From the NCBI GenBank assembly GCA_028688325.1, contig JAQTYI010000001.1, positions 302,620-366,619 of the forward strand: a stretch of DNA of 64,000 bases, in the 5' to 3' direction. The notes below the pieces were generated by a model. It did no database searches and had not been told where the DNA came from. It was given only the letters and a program-made list of their open reading frames with translations. Shown piece after piece: positions 9,265 through 19,215 of the stretch; the stretch's first letter is position 1, and every line of letters begins with the position of its first letter. Source of the DNA: Candidatus Portnoybacteria bacterium. Lineage in GTDB: Bacteria > Patescibacteriota > Minisyncoccia > Portnoybacterales > GWB1-42-6. Made by a program: the position numbers and the translations under genes.

Positions 9265-9738
9265 CTATCCTTTCAAGGAATGCGCGCAACAAACGGCTAT
9301 TGCCAGGGCGTCGGCCGCGTCGTCGGGCCGGGGAATCTCCTTTAAATTCAAGATCATTTTGACCATTTGCTGGATTTGGTTCTTTTCCGCCCGGCCGTAG
9401 CCGGTGAGCGCCCGTTTTATCTGCAGCGGCGTGTATTCATAAATTTTCAAACCCTGCTGGGCCGCGGCCAGCAAGATCACACCCCTTGCCTGGCTCACCT
9501 TGATGGCGGTGGTTTGGTTCTTAAAAAAGAAAAGCTCTTCCACTGCCATGATATCCGGCTTGTGCTTTTTGATGAATCTGGTCAGTTGCTTGTGCAAGTC
9601 ATCAAGCCGCGCGGCGGTGCTATCGCCCGTACTGGTCGTAAAGCAGTCATAGCATTTTATAGCTGCTTTCTTGTTTTTGTATTCTATAAGCCCGGCGCCG
9701 ATTCGCGCGGTGCCCGGGTCAATGCCCAAAATCATCAT
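9265..9738 (-). CDS. ruvC: Holliday junction resolvase RuvC
   Basis: MMILGIDPGTARIGAGLIEY..., an RNase H-fold RuvC N-terminus. Adjacent to yebC. Confidence 0.9.
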   Translation of the reverse strand: MMILGIDPGTARIGAGLIEYKNKKAAIKCYDCFTTSTGDSTAARLDDLHKQLTRFIKKHKPDIMAVEELFFFKNQTTAIKVSQARGVILLAAAQQGLKIYEYTPLQIKRALTGYGRAEKNQIQQMVKMILNLKEIPRPDDAADALAIAVCCAHSLKG

Positions 9739-10460
9739 AGATTTACATTGGAATAAATTTCATTCACATCGTCATTGTCATCCAGCGCTTCAAATAATTT
9801 TTCCAGCCGCTCTTTATCTTTGGGGTCGGCGATGGCCGTTTCGTTCTTGGGCGTCCAGACGAGCGAAGCATCGCCGGCCTTGATATTTTTTTCTTCCAGC
9901 GCCTTTCTGGTTTTTTCCAGCTCTTCGGGCTTGGTATAAATTTCTAGGGTTTCTCCATCCGGCCAGTTGATATCCTGTGCGCCCGCGTCGATGGCTGCTA
10001 ATTCCAGCTCGTCTTTTTTGGCGGGAGATGATTTTACGGCCAGCGATCCTTGGTGTTCGAACATCCAAAGCACAGAGCCGGGATTGGCCAACTTGCTGTT
10101 GTGCTCAGAAAGCAGATATTTGATCTCTGAGACCGTGCGGTTGTGGTTGTCGGTCGCGCCTTCAATGAGCAGGGCTGAGCCGCCCGGGCCATAGGCCTCA
10201 AGCAAAAATTCCTCGATTTTGGAGCCCTCAAGTTCGCCGGCGCCCTTAGCAATGGCTCGTTCGATATTTTCTATCGGCATATTCAAAGAACGCGCCGTGT
10301 CTATCAGGGTGCGCAGCGTGGGATTGCTTTCGGGATCCTTGCCTTTGGCGCGCGCAGCAACCGCGATCAGCCGCACCATTTTGCTGAAGATCTTGCCCTT
10401 TTTGGCGTCGGTGATGGCCTTTTTATGTTTGATTTGAGACCACTTGGAATGACCGGACAT
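9735..10460 (-). CDS. yebC: YebC/PmpR-family DNA-binding regulator
   Basis: MSGHSKWSQIKHKKAITDAKKGKIFSKMVR..., a YebC signature. 4-bp overlap with ruvC. Confidence 0.9.
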   Translation of the reverse strand: MSGHSKWSQIKHKKAITDAKKGKIFSKMVRLIAVAARAKGKDPESNPTLRTLIDTARSLNMPIENIERAIAKGAGELEGSKIEEFLLEAYGPGGSALLIEGATDNHNRTVSEIKYLLSEHNSKLANPGSVLWMFEHQGSLAVKSSPAKKDELELAAIDAGAQDINWPDGETLEIYTKPEELEKTRKALEEKNIKAGDASLVWTPKNETAIADPKDKERLEKLFEALDDNDDVNEIYSNVNL

Positions 10461-10469
10461 GTAACATTA

Positions 10470-10637
10470 TTGTCATTCCGAGCCCCATTAAAGAAACTTC
10501 GTTTCTTTAATGGGGTAAACTCCGCGAGGAATCTCGCGGGAGCGTAGCGACCCGCGCAACAAATCTGGCATTCGCCCGCTTCGCCGTAGCTTCAGCGAGG
10601 TGAGCCAGAGATCCTTCACTTCGTTCAGGATGACAAT
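10470..10637. repeat. Family-1 palindromic repeat (TTGTCATTCCGAGC ... TTCAGGATGACAA), intergenic copy
   Basis: Shares GTCATYC(Y)G...GGAAT/GGATGACA termini and internal hairpins with at least 12 other copies in the window. Confidence 0.8.
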
Positions 10638-10657
10638 TTTTTTAAATCGCCTTTATC

Positions 10658-12034
10658 TTAATCGTCCGGGCTTTCGATGTCAAATTGTTTTTGCCGGCGA
10701 AAATAGATCAATCCGCCGGCGGCCAAGGAGGATAAGGCGATAACCCCAGCCAAGGCCAAAATAGATTCTAAACTGGAATTACTTTTTAGCGGTTCGCCGG
10801 TCGCGGCAGCCAGATTATTATCGGTTAATGTGTCGGTAGGAGCGCCCTCGCCAAGTTGTGAAATATTATTTTCAGTCGAAACTTCCATTGTTGGGGATTT
10901 CCGGCTGATTGCTGTTTTATCCGGCGAGGGCGCTCCTACCTGAATAGCGACCGCTTCTTCAATGGCCATAATCTTATTGCTTGGCGCGCTGGCCAATAAA
11001 ACAACCTCATTTTTCTCAACGAAAGATTTTTTGTTGGTTTGCCCCGGCGTGGGTTGGTTGGTCCACAACCAACCGGAATCAAATTTGGCTACGGCCCGGC
11101 CTTGCTGGGATTTATCGTAGGTCACCGAGTGCACCACTTGGTCGTCCGGCCAAAGCAGCCGCACTTTATCGCCATCGTTGTTTAAAGCATTTTTATTGAA
11201 AGAAATAACTAAAAAACCATTGGCATCAATGGTTGTATCGGCGGGAATCACTTGTGGCGAGGTGGAATTGTCCGCGTCGTCGATCTGCCAGCCGGATAAG
11301 TTTATGGCGCTTGAGTCGGCATTGAATAATTCCACCCATTCTTTGGCGTTGTCTTCCGGCCAAGACAGAAATTCGTTGATAAAAACTTTTTGCGAATATT
11401 CATAGCTTGGCGCGGCTGGAGTTGGCGTCGGTGTGGCACTGCTTTCGGTAGGGGATGCGCTCGGCGCGGCGCTGGGAGTTGCTCCGTTAGTTAAAACGCT
11501 ATTTGTCTGTCCCGGCGTGCCGCCGTCTACCGAGCTTTCTTTAAGCGCCGCGCCGTCCCATTCCAATGATTTGCCATTGCCCGCTGCCCCCATATTTTTT
11601 TCATAGAACATAGAAGCCAGATCAGTTGTGCTTTTAGTGTTTATGATCTTTAGGGTGTCGGAAGTATTATTTAGCGACATCACGGTGTCTATAATTGTGC
11701 CGGAGTAATTTAGAAGAGAAGTTGCCAATGATAATGCGTCATCAGCCAAGAGGGCATATTCTCCCGGAAGCAAGATCAGTGAACCGCGACCTCCATTTTT
11801 GGAAACACTTAATAAGTGATTTGTTCCGTCGTAAAATCTTATATCAGGAGAAGATAGATCGGCGTTTAAAGAGCCGTTATTAAAAAGCTCTATCCATTCA
11901 ATCCCGCCTTTTGCCGGAGAATACATTACTTCATTGATAATAATTTCCGCTGACGCAATTTTCGGCACAATAAAAAAAGCAGCGAGTAAAATTGTCGTTG
12001 CGGTAAATATCTTTTTATTCAGGCGCCCCATCAA
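10658..12034 (-). CDS. Secreted, surface-anchored protein with two lamin-tail domains
   Basis: Signal peptide. Two INEVMYSP...EWIELFN / INEFLSWPEDNAKEWVELFN lamin-tail motifs. Ser/Thr/Pro-rich linker. C-terminal transmembrane segment. Confidence 0.7.
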   Translation of the reverse strand: MMGRLNKKIFTATTILLAAFFIVPKIASAEIIINEVMYSPAKGGIEWIELFNNGSLNADLSSPDIRFYDGTNHLLSVSKNGGRGSLILLPGEYALLADDALSLATSLLNYSGTIIDTVMSLNNTSDTLKIINTKSTTDLASMFYEKNMGAAGNGKSLEWDGAALKESSVDGGTPGQTNSVLTNGATPSAAPSASPTESSATPTPTPAAPSYEYSQKVFINEFLSWPEDNAKEWVELFNADSSAINLSGWQIDDADNSTSPQVIPADTTIDANGFLVISFNKNALNNDGDKVRLLWPDDQVVHSVTYDKSQQGRAVAKFDSGWLWTNQPTPGQTNKKSFVEKNEVVLLASAPSNKIMAIEEAVAIQVGAPSPDKTAISRKSPTMEVSTENNISQLGEGAPTDTLTDNNLAAATGEPLKSNSSLESILALAGVIALSSLAAGGLIYFRRQKQFDIESPDD

Positions 12035-12039
12035 TGATT

Positions 12040-12684
12040 TTACTTCAAATTTTTTAAATAATCGGAAGTTATTTCGGACAAAGACATAATTAGATTATTG
12101 GTCGGATAAAGTCCGTTTTTATCTTTGACTAAGCCGATGCAAAACATATTGGCGCGTTTGGCTCCCTCCATGCCGTTGATGCCGTCTTCAATGACCACGC
12201 AATCTTGCGGCGCAACGCCTATCTTTGAAGCGGCCAGTAAAAAGCTTTCCGGGTCCGGCTTACCATTGGCCACCATATCGCCGCTCACGACCGCGCTAAA
12301 ATAAGGAGTTATTTTTAATGCTTCAAGAACGGAATGCACATAATCCGAAGTTGATGCCGAAGCCAAAGCCAGGGGATATTTTTCTTCGTATAATCTTTTT
12401 ATCAAGTCGACTGAGCCGGGGATCTCGTCAACTCCTAAAGAGGCGAGTTTAGCCATTTCTCCCCATTTTTCTTTCATCAATCCGTCCAAATCATAAGCCG
12501 CGCCCTGTTGTTTTAGTAAAACATCAAAAAATTCCCCGGTTCTGACCCCGGAATATTTTCGGGTGAGTTCTTCCGGCGTGATATTTACGCCGAATCGGTT
12601 CAGTATTTTAGCTTCAACCGCAGCGTGGAGTTTTTGGGTGTCGGAGATAACCCCGTCCATGTCAAAAATGATTCCTTTTACCAT
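12040..12684 (-). CDS. HAD-IA family hydrolase (beta-phosphoglucomutase-like)
   Basis: N-terminal DxD motif IIFDMDGVISDT. HAD motifs II to IV. Confidence 0.8.
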   Translation of the reverse strand: MVKGIIFDMDGVISDTQKLHAAVEAKILNRFGVNITPEELTRKYSGVRTGEFFDVLLKQQGAAYDLDGLMKEKWGEMAKLASLGVDEIPGSVDLIKRLYEEKYPLALASASTSDYVHSVLEALKITPYFSAVVSGDMVANGKPDPESFLLAASKIGVAPQDCVVIEDGINGMEGAKRANMFCIGLVKDKNGLYPTNNLIMSLSEITSDYLKNLK

Positions 12685-12688
12685 AATA

Positions 12689-13228
12689 TTATAGCTGGGC
12701 CCTAACGCCCATATTTTTCAGATAATCCTGATGCGCCTGCAAAATTTTATCTTGCACCATTTGCGGCTGGGGAATCTGCTTGAAAGCGACAGCATCGGCT
12801 TGGCCCGCTATCTTGATTTCCGCGTCGCCATATTTAAGGAGAGAGGAAAATGGCCCGCTGGTGCGCGTGGTTACGCCCTGGATATTGTCTATACCGTAGG
12901 TCATAATCAAACGTTTAAAAAGCCCCATTTGCTGGATGTCGATGATTTTTTGGTTCGTCAAAACCCAAATATCCAGATACCAGTCCAGCCAGATCAGAAC
13001 GCCCCAGCAAAAGCATAAGAGCCAAAAGAGCCAGGCAAAATACCAGAATAATGTGGCGAATGCCTGCTGATTGGCCAAAGACAGGTCAAAAAACGCCAGC
13101 GCGAAAGCGATGAGCCACGGCACCAGAGCCAGCGCCACGGCTTTCAGCAGCGACACAATCATAAAAAACCAATGCCGCCGGGCGGTTAAGATTATTTGTT
13201 CGTTTGGGGCAAGAATGAATGCAGGCAT
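12689..13228 (-). CDS. Membrane protein with a bacterial PH domain (YdbS/YdbT-like)
   Basis: Two transmembrane segments, then GIDNIQGVTTRTSGPFSSLLKYGDAEIKIAGQ. Confidence 0.6.
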   Translation of the reverse strand: MPAFILAPNEQIILTARRHWFFMIVSLLKAVALALVPWLIAFALAFFDLSLANQQAFATLFWYFAWLFWLLCFCWGVLIWLDWYLDIWVLTNQKIIDIQQMGLFKRLIMTYGIDNIQGVTTRTSGPFSSLLKYGDAEIKIAGQADAVAFKQIPQPQMVQDKILQAHQDYLKNMGVRAQL

Positions 13229-13234
13229 ATTTAG

Positions 13235-13350
13235 GAAATGGCAAATGACTAATTTCCAATGACAAATAAAACCCCAAGCTTAAATGTCAAAAATTTATGA
13301 TTTGACATTCGGTCATTGGTCATTTATTTGTCATTAGTCATTGGGATTTC
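13235..13350. repeat. Family-4 AT-rich repeat array (AATGACAAAT, TTCCAATGAC and ATTGGTCATT dyads)
   Basis: Repeated GTCATT or AATGAC half-sites at roughly 7-11 bp spacing. The same motif architecture recurs at 21395-21530, 38650-38750 and 48893-48960. Confidence 0.6.
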
Positions 13351-13355
13351 GTCAT

Positions 13356-13562
13356 TTATAAGGTTTCCCACGGCATACCCGAAAAAATCCAGTAACCGAC
13401 AAAAATAAAAATCAAAGCCAAAACCGCGATAACGGCAATCGGCGTTTTATAATTTTGTCCCGGCATCTGATATTGGAACAAATGATAAACAACCGCGCCC
13501 AGGAATATGGTGGCGGTAAGCAAAATTATTAAGCCGATGAAGAGAGAAATAACAAAGAGCAT
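13356..13562 (-). CDS. Small two-transmembrane membrane protein
   Basis: 68 aa, strongly hydrophobic. Confidence 0.4.
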   Translation of the reverse strand: MLFVISLFIGLIILLTATIFLGAVVYHLFQYQMPGQNYKTPIAVIAVLALIFIFVGYWIFSGMPWETL

Positions 13563-13564
13563 AT

Positions 13565-13825
13565 TTATTGGTAAATGTCGTGGTCGCCGACAGAGTAAAA
13601 GTAGGCGGTTTTTCTATCGTTGGTTAATTCAAAAATAATCCTGTATTTTTGACCGACAGAAAAAGACAAAAAACCAGTTAGTCGGCCCTTGAGCTTGTGG
13701 GTTTTTAACTTCGGATCAAAGGGATTTTTTCGAAAAACAATTTCTTGTTTTTCGGCTACAATTTTTATTGTCGCGGGGACTTTTTTATACTCACGGGCAA
13801 ACTTTGAGCCATAAATTATGAGCAT
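13565..13825 (-). CDS. RelE/ParE-family type II toxin
   Basis: KLKGRLTGFLSFSVGQKYRIIFEL...VGDHDIY, a RelE/ParE fold signature. Directly downstream of the antitoxin gene. Confidence 0.7.
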   Translation of the reverse strand: MLIIYGSKFAREYKKVPATIKIVAEKQEIVFRKNPFDPKLKTHKLKGRLTGFLSFSVGQKYRIIFELTNDRKTAYFYSVGDHDIYQ

Positions 13826-13870
13826 TGATTTTAGCAGCCCACCGTGCCGCACTTCTAATTATCATTTATA

Positions 13871-14086
13871 TTATCTTAATTCTTTTAATGATTTTAAAGT
13901 TTTACCCTTGCCGGCGGCAATTTCTATGCGGCTGGCACTCAATTCTTTGAGAATTTTATCTTCTTGCCAGTTCCGCAGAAGATCGCGAAAAAATTCGCTG
14001 ACAGAAGAATAGTTGCTAGATTTTACGGCACTTTTTACGACCTTGGCCATTTGAGGGGGTAGGGAAATGTTGATTATTTTGCGCAT
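13871..14086 (-). CDS. ParD/CopG-like ribbon-helix-helix antitoxin
   Basis: MRKIINISLPPQMAKVV...SEFFRDLLRNWQE, ribbon-helix-helix plus ParD-like. Upstream partner of the RelE/ParE gene. Confidence 0.6.
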   Translation of the reverse strand: MRKIINISLPPQMAKVVKSAVKSSNYSSVSEFFRDLLRNWQEDKILKELSASRIEIAAGKGKTLKSLKELR

Positions 14087-14193
14087 AGATTTGTACAATA
14101 TTATGTGTAATACAATGTATTACAATATTATCAAGCCGTAATTTGTTTGTCAAGCCCCTGTATTTTTGATTTCAATTTTAATGAATATTCATT

Positions 14194-15204
14194 TTAAAAC
14201 AATTTCTCCTGTTGTTCGTCCGGATATTTCAGCCCTAAATGTTCATAGGCAAAACGGGTGGCCATGCGCCCGCGCGGGGTGCGGCCGATAAAGCCCAATT
14301 GCATTAGATACGGCTCGTAAACATCTTCGATCGTGTCTTGCTCTTCGTGAGTCGCGGCCGCCAGGGCTTGGAGGCCCACGGGTCCGCCGTCAAATTTTTC
14401 AATGATGAGGCGCAAAATTTGCCGGTCAACCGGCTCAAGGCCCAGTTTATCGATTTCCAGCATGGCCAGCGCCTGGGTGGCCAGCTTGGGATTTATTTCG
14501 CCGTTGCCTCGGACTTGCGCAAAATCGCGCACTCGTTTTAACAGTCGGTTGGCCACGCGTGGAGTTGAGCGGGCGGACTGGGCGATGATATCTATCGCGT
14601 CGGGTTGGGCGGCAATATTTAAAATTTTGGCCGAGCGCTTGATGATCTTGGCGATATCTTCCTGCTGGTAAAAATCCAGGCGGAAGGTAATGCCAAAGCG
14701 CGAGCGCAGGGGAGAGGAGATAAGCCCGGGCCGGGTGGTCGCAAAAACCAATGTAAATTTTGGCAGGTCTAATTGAAGTGTACGCGCGCTCGGCCCTTTG
14801 CCGATAACGATATCCAGCTTGAAATCTTCCATCGCCGGATAAAGCACTTCCTCAATGAGCTTGTTTAAGCGGTGCGCTTCGTCGATGAACAAAATATCTC
14901 CGTCGCTAAGATTCGTTAAGATAGAGCCGAGGTCTCCCACACGCTCAATGGCCGGGCCAGATGTCACTTTGATGCCCACGCCCATTTCTTTGGCGATGAT
15001 ATGGGCCAGGGTTGTTTTGCCAAGGCCGGCCGCGCCGCAAAGCAAAACATGCTCAATGGGCTCGTTTCGGCCCTTGGCGGCCGCGATCAAAATGCGCAAG
15101 TTTTCCTTGATCTTTTCTTGGCCCAGATATTCATCAAAACCCTGCGGCCGCAGGGTTAAGTCGGTTTCCGGGTCTTGTTCGTTTTGTAACGGTGATGTAA
15201 GCAT
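14194..15204 (-). CDS. ruvB: Holliday junction branch-migration helicase RuvB
   Basis: AAA+ Walker [16 protein letters not shown]. RuvB N and C domains. 336 aa. Confidence 0.95.
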   Translation of the reverse strand: MLTSPLQNEQDPETDLTLRPQGFDEYLGQEKIKENLRILIAAAKGRNEPIEHVLLCGAAGLGKTTLAHIIAKEMGVGIKVTSGPAIERVGDLGSILTNLSDGDILFIDEAHRLNKLIEEVLYPAMEDFKLDIVIGKGPSARTLQLDLPKFTLVFATTRPGLISSPLRSRFGITFRLDFYQQEDIAKIIKRSAKILNIAAQPDAIDIIAQSARSTPRVANRLLKRVRDFAQVRGNGEINPKLATQALAMLEIDKLGLEPVDRQILRLIIEKFDGGPVGLQALAAATHEEQDTIEDVYEPYLMQLGFIGRTPRGRMATRFAYEHLGLKYPDEQQEKLF

Positions 15205-15252
15205 AAATTGACTATGTAATACGGATTTTTACGGATATACGGATGATTTTTC

Positions 15253-15335
15253 CCCTCTTTTGTAAAGAGGGGTTAGGGGAGATTTAAAGCAGGGGTTCTA
15301 AATCCCTCCTAACCTCCCTTTACGGAAAGGGAGGA
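15253..15335. repeat. Family-2 GC-rich hairpin repeat (CCCCTCTTTTGTAAAGAGGGGTTAGGGGAG modules)
   Basis: Perfect hairpin CCCCTC-N9-GAGGGG followed by TTAGGGGAG. At least 11 copies in the window. Confidence 0.8.
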
Positions 15336-15645
15336 GAAAGCCCTTGACAAGCATTCCGTCCCGTGATAACATATCAAATCGTGTCCGAAAGCCCTCCTTC
15401 GCCCAGCCGCACAGCGGGGCTACGGGAGGACAAGCCCTTTTTAATTTGCAGGTGATGGGACCTTTTTTTATACTTGGTCTTGGCGGGGTTTTGTTTAAAT
15501 ATGTGGATGCCTTGGCTTTGGCTGGGACACTCCTTGGCGAAACTTTTAACCTTCCCCCCAGTGGGAAGATATTACCTGCAGATTAAAGAGGGGTTGTGGG
15601 GTTGGATTTAACTAACGGGGGTGTTCTTTAAGAAAGGAAGAGGAT

Positions 15646-15852
15646 ATGTTAAAAATATTGGAGCTTCCGGAAGAGACGCGGCGCTTATTCTTTTTTATGG
15701 TAGGAAATCGTCATTCCTTGAATCACGCTGACGCACTGGTGAGCGCGGCCGTTGAAGCCACTGGGCTTTCCGTCTCTGAAACTAAAAAGGTGCTGCTGGA
15801 ACTTTATCAGATTATTTTTGATCAGTATCTTGAGGAAATCAAGAAGGCCTGA
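15646..15852 (+). CDS. Hypothetical small protein flanked by family-2 repeats
   Basis: Shine-Dalgarno sequence GGAAGAGGA 6 nt before the ATG. 68 aa. No family recognised. Confidence 0.35.
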   Translation: MLKILELPEETRRLFFFMVGNRHSLNHADALVSAAVEATGLSVSETKKVLLELYQIIFDQYLEEIKKA

Positions 15853-15932
15853 GCTGTCTCTTCTGTTGGCGCTGAGCATAATGGGTTCGGCGCTTTTTTA
15901 TTTCCCAAAAATTTCAAAAGAAGCGGTTTTGT

Positions 15933-16033
15933 TCCCCTCTTTTGTAAAGAGGGGTTAGGGGAGATTTAGTGGATACAAGCGGTTAGAGTGTGTCCGCTTA
16001 AATTCACCCCAACCCCTCCTTTACAAAAGGAGG
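15933..16033. repeat. Family-2 repeat copy
   Basis: TTCCCCTCTTTTGTAAAGAGGGGTTAGGGGAGATTTAG ... CCCCTCCTTTACAAAAGGAGGG. Confidence 0.8.
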
Positions 16034-16063
16034 GAGTTATTTTCGTACCCTCATTATTTATAG

Positions 16064-17740
16064 CTATCGCTCTCCTACAATGCTATCCAGCTCCTCAAAA
16101 GTCGTCATTTTTTGCAGGATTTTGATGACCCCGTCCTGGTACATTGAAACGAATCCCTTCTTTTTGACAAGCTCAATGATTTCCGCGTGAGAAGGGGACT
16201 TGGTGATGAGTTTTTCAATCTCCGTGTCTACCGGAATTATTTCAAACACGCCCACCCGGCCTTTGTAGCCGGTGTTGTTGCACTTGGCACAGCCCTTGCC
16301 TCGCGACAATTTGAAGTTGCCGGAAAAATCCGGGATCTCGATGGTTTTTGGAAGCTCGCCCAGGACCTTTTTTATTTTAGCTTTTTCTTCGGCGGTCGGC
16401 TCATAATCCTCGTGGCAGAATTTGCAGATGCGCCGCAACAAGCGCTGGGCCAGCATATCTATCAGCGCGGAAGAGAGAGAGGTTGGATTGGCGCCCATAT
16501 CGATGAAGCGGGGAATGGCGCCGGCCGCGTCATTGGTGTGAAGCGTTGAAAAAACAATGTGGCCGGTGAGCGCCGCCTGAATGGCGATCTCGGCGGTTTC
16601 TTTGTCGCGGATTTCACCGACTAAAATAACATCCGGATCTTGGCGCAAAATAGCGCGGAGCCCGGCCGCGAAGGTGTAGCCCTCTTCGGTTTCAACCTGG
16701 GTTTGGGTCACACCGTCCAAATGATATTCAATCGGATCTTCCAAAGTAATAATTTTAAGTTCCGGGTTGGTGACTTCTTTTAAAAAAGCATAAAGAGCCG
16801 TGGTTTTACCGGAGCCAGTGGGGCCGGTGGTAACGATCATGCCATTGGGCTTTTGAATTTCTTTGATCAAAAAATCGTAAGCGTCCTGGCGCAAGCCCAG
16901 ATCTTTGATATTGAGATTGATGCTTTTTGGGTTTAATAGACGCATCACCACATTTTCTCCGTTGGGCCCGGGAATCACTGAAACGCGCACTTCCACCTCC
17001 ATATCGCTCAACTTGATGGTGAAACGGCCGTCCTGCGCTTTGTCGCGCACATTAAGCACCATGCCCGACAACAATTTCAGGCGCGAGATTATCAGCGCGT
17101 AGGTTTTGGGAGATAAAAAAACCACATCGTGCAAAATGCCGTCGATGCGGTAGCGGAAAAGTGCGCCTTTGTCTTTTGATTCCAAGTGGATGTCGGAAGC
17201 GTCATTTTGCATGGCGCCGGCGATGGCGATTTCCAGAACGCCGGTGGCCGTGTCTTGCGGCGCGGTCTCTATTTTCTTTTTCACATCTTCCAGGGATTTG
17301 AGCTCTTCCTGGAGTTTTTGCAGCGACTCGGCGGAAATTTCCACCTGTCCTGTGATGTTTTTGCCTTTTTGTTTGGTGGTTTTGTAGCGGTCAAAGGCCT
17401 GTTCCAAGCTGTGTTTTGAAGCAATAAACAATTGGCAGGTAAAATTACGGCCAAGCTCCTCCAATATTTTTTTGGCGGCGGGATTTTGCGGGTCGGCCAG
17501 GGCGATTTTAAGTTCTTTGTCCGTCTGGCGCATAACAACGATTTGCCCGGCGCGCGCGTCTTTTTCGGGGATTAAAAAAAGAGCGTCAGAGTCAATGGGA
17601 ATGGCCGTGAGATTAACATAGGTAAGTTCGAGTTGATCGGCCAAAAGTTCAGCCCGAGTTTCCTCTTCTTGGTGCCGGACCTCGCTCAATTTTTGTTCCA
17701 GCTTTTCTTCCAAAGCCGGCTTTTTTGGCGTTTTGGGCAT
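16064..17740 (-). CDS. Type IV pilus / type II secretion assembly ATPase (PilB/GspE family)
   Basis: Walker A GPTGSGKTTALYA. Asp box, His box and C-terminal Zn tetracysteine (CKFC...CAKC). Confidence 0.9.
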   Translation of the reverse strand: MPKTPKKPALEEKLEQKLSEVRHQEEETRAELLADQLELTYVNLTAIPIDSDALFLIPEKDARAGQIVVMRQTDKELKIALADPQNPAAKKILEELGRNFTCQLFIASKHSLEQAFDRYKTTKQKGKNITGQVEISAESLQKLQEELKSLEDVKKKIETAPQDTATGVLEIAIAGAMQNDASDIHLESKDKGALFRYRIDGILHDVVFLSPKTYALIISRLKLLSGMVLNVRDKAQDGRFTIKLSDMEVEVRVSVIPGPNGENVVMRLLNPKSINLNIKDLGLRQDAYDFLIKEIQKPNGMIVTTGPTGSGKTTALYAFLKEVTNPELKIITLEDPIEYHLDGVTQTQVETEEGYTFAAGLRAILRQDPDVILVGEIRDKETAEIAIQAALTGHIVFSTLHTNDAAGAIPRFIDMGANPTSLSSALIDMLAQRLLRRICKFCHEDYEPTAEEKAKIKKVLGELPKTIEIPDFSGNFKLSRGKGCAKCNNTGYKGRVGVFEIIPVDTEIEKLITKSPSHAEIIELVKKKGFVSMYQDGVIKILQKMTTFEELDSIVGER

Positions 17741-17754
17741 AAATAATTTGCCTC

Positions 17755-17850
17755 TTCCCCTTAGTCGTGAGGGAGATGGAGAGGGGGTGATGAAATTTTA
17801 CAACATCACTTTACCCCGGCCCTCTCCTTAATTGAGGAGAGGGGAAAAAA
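17755..17850. repeat. Family-2-related GC-rich hairpin repeat
   Basis: CCCTCTCCTTAATTGAGGAGAGGG and related stems. Confidence 0.6.
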
Positions 17851-17875
17851 TCAATAATTCTGCCTCAATTTTAAA

Positions 17876-18997
17876 TCAAGAAAGTGAATTTAGCAATACG
17901 GCTATTTTTTCCTTGGCATCTTTGGCGGCCATACCGGCCATTTTTACCAACAGGCGGTCGTTTTTAACGGAACCGCCGATCTCCAGGCATAGTTTTTGCA
18001 GATGCTCGGCTCTCTTGCTTTGTGCCAAGATATAAGTAGAGCCGTTATCGTCGGGCCACAAAATTATGGCCAGGTTGATTGAAGGAAAGAGGTCGTAGAT
18101 TTCGTCCAGAACGAACGGCAGGTCTTTGGCCGAAGTGCCGGTGGCGATAAAATCTTCGCGCTGGGCGAATATCCAGGCGATCTTTTCCCGATCGTCAAAT
18201 TCCAGGCGGCCCAAGAGCCGGCCCCAAAGCTTTAAGCAATTGAGCGGTTTGGTTTTGTATAGATTTTTAACGATGGTTTCTTGTTCCGCTCCCTTGATTA
18301 TCAAAAGCGACGCCAAATTCAGCGCTTGGGGAGTGGTTCGGGAATTTTGCCAGCTGTGCGTTTTAACGATGAGCCCCGCCAGCAGGAGCGTAGCAATATT
18401 GGCATCAATCGAATTTGGCGCGAGTCCCTCGATAAGTCCGACAACAATTTCCGCGCAGGCCGCGGCCGTCGGCTCGACCAAGTTCACTTCGCCGAAATAT
18501 TCATTGCCCGCCTTGCAATCGATGTTCAGGATGGATTTGTTGAAAAAAAGTTCGGTGTTGCTGTTAAAAATATCGCCCAGCGATTCCAGGTCCGGCGCGT
18601 CGATGACGATTATCAGGTCGTAGTAGAACGGGCCCGGTTCCAGCTTGATATCGCGCTGTTCTATTTTTTGCGGCGTGGCCAAAAATATTTTCAAGACGCT
18701 GCCTTCCGCTTCGTAGCGCAAGCGAGAAATCTTATTTTGGCTGGTATCCACGGAAATAACAAAATCGCGCAAAGAGGTCAGTTTATTTCTCAAGGCATCG
18801 ATGCCAGGCAGAAAGGCCAGCTTGTCCGGCGCGGCTTCCTGAGAGGCGAGTTCAACTTTTTTGCCGAGTTTTTTGAGAGTCGCTTCCAGCGCCAGAGCCG
18901 AGCCCAAAGAGTCGGCATTCAACGACTCAGGCAGAGCAATCAGGATATTTTTACTTTTCTGGATGAGGTCGATGGCTTGTTGAAGGGGGGTGAGCAT
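17876..18997 (-). CDS. DHH-family phosphoesterase (NrnA-like)
   Basis: NrnA-like N-terminus NILIALPESLNADSLGSALAL. DHH/DHHA1 architecture. 373 aa. Confidence 0.7.
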   Translation of the reverse strand: MLTPLQQAIDLIQKSKNILIALPESLNADSLGSALALEATLKKLGKKVELASQEAAPDKLAFLPGIDALRNKLTSLRDFVISVDTSQNKISRLRYEAEGSVLKIFLATPQKIEQRDIKLEPGPFYYDLIIVIDAPDLESLGDIFNSNTELFFNKSILNIDCKAGNEYFGEVNLVEPTAAACAEIVVGLIEGLAPNSIDANIATLLLAGLIVKTHSWQNSRTTPQALNLASLLIIKGAEQETIVKNLYKTKPLNCLKLWGRLLGRLEFDDREKIAWIFAQREDFIATGTSAKDLPFVLDEIYDLFPSINLAIILWPDDNGSTYILAQSKRAEHLQKLCLEIGGSVKNDRLLVKMAGMAAKDAKEKIAVLLNSLS

Positions 18998-19132
18998 ACC
19001 GGGTAGTAGAAATTTGACTTAATAATTAATTCCTGGATGGTTTATTAATTTCTATGCATTTACCGAGGTTGTAATAATTTGGCAGAATCTACATATAAAA
19101 AATAACCAGTCAAATTTTCACTACCCGGCATG
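18995..19132. mobile_element. MITE copy b
   Basis: Terminal inverted repeats CATACCGGGTAGTAGAAATTTGAC / GTCAAATTTTCACTACCCGGCATG. The left repeat abuts the DHH start codon. Confidence 0.8.
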
Positions 19133-19187
19133 GTTTTCACTAAAGCGTTATGTCAATTTATCGCATCGGTAAAGTTAGGTCAAGGTC

Positions 19188-19215
19188 TTGACAAAATGCG
19201 TATATTTGGTATAAT
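19188..19215 (+). promoter_or_regulatory. Strong sigma-70-type promoter (TTGACA-16-TGGTATAAT) upstream of the lipoprotein pair
   Basis: Consensus -35 hexamer and an extended -10 element read directly. Confidence 0.6.

Noticed and set aside
15205-15250. Three direct ACGGAT repeats upstream of ruvB as a possible operator
   Set aside because: Too short and unique in the window to distinguish from chance. Noted only.
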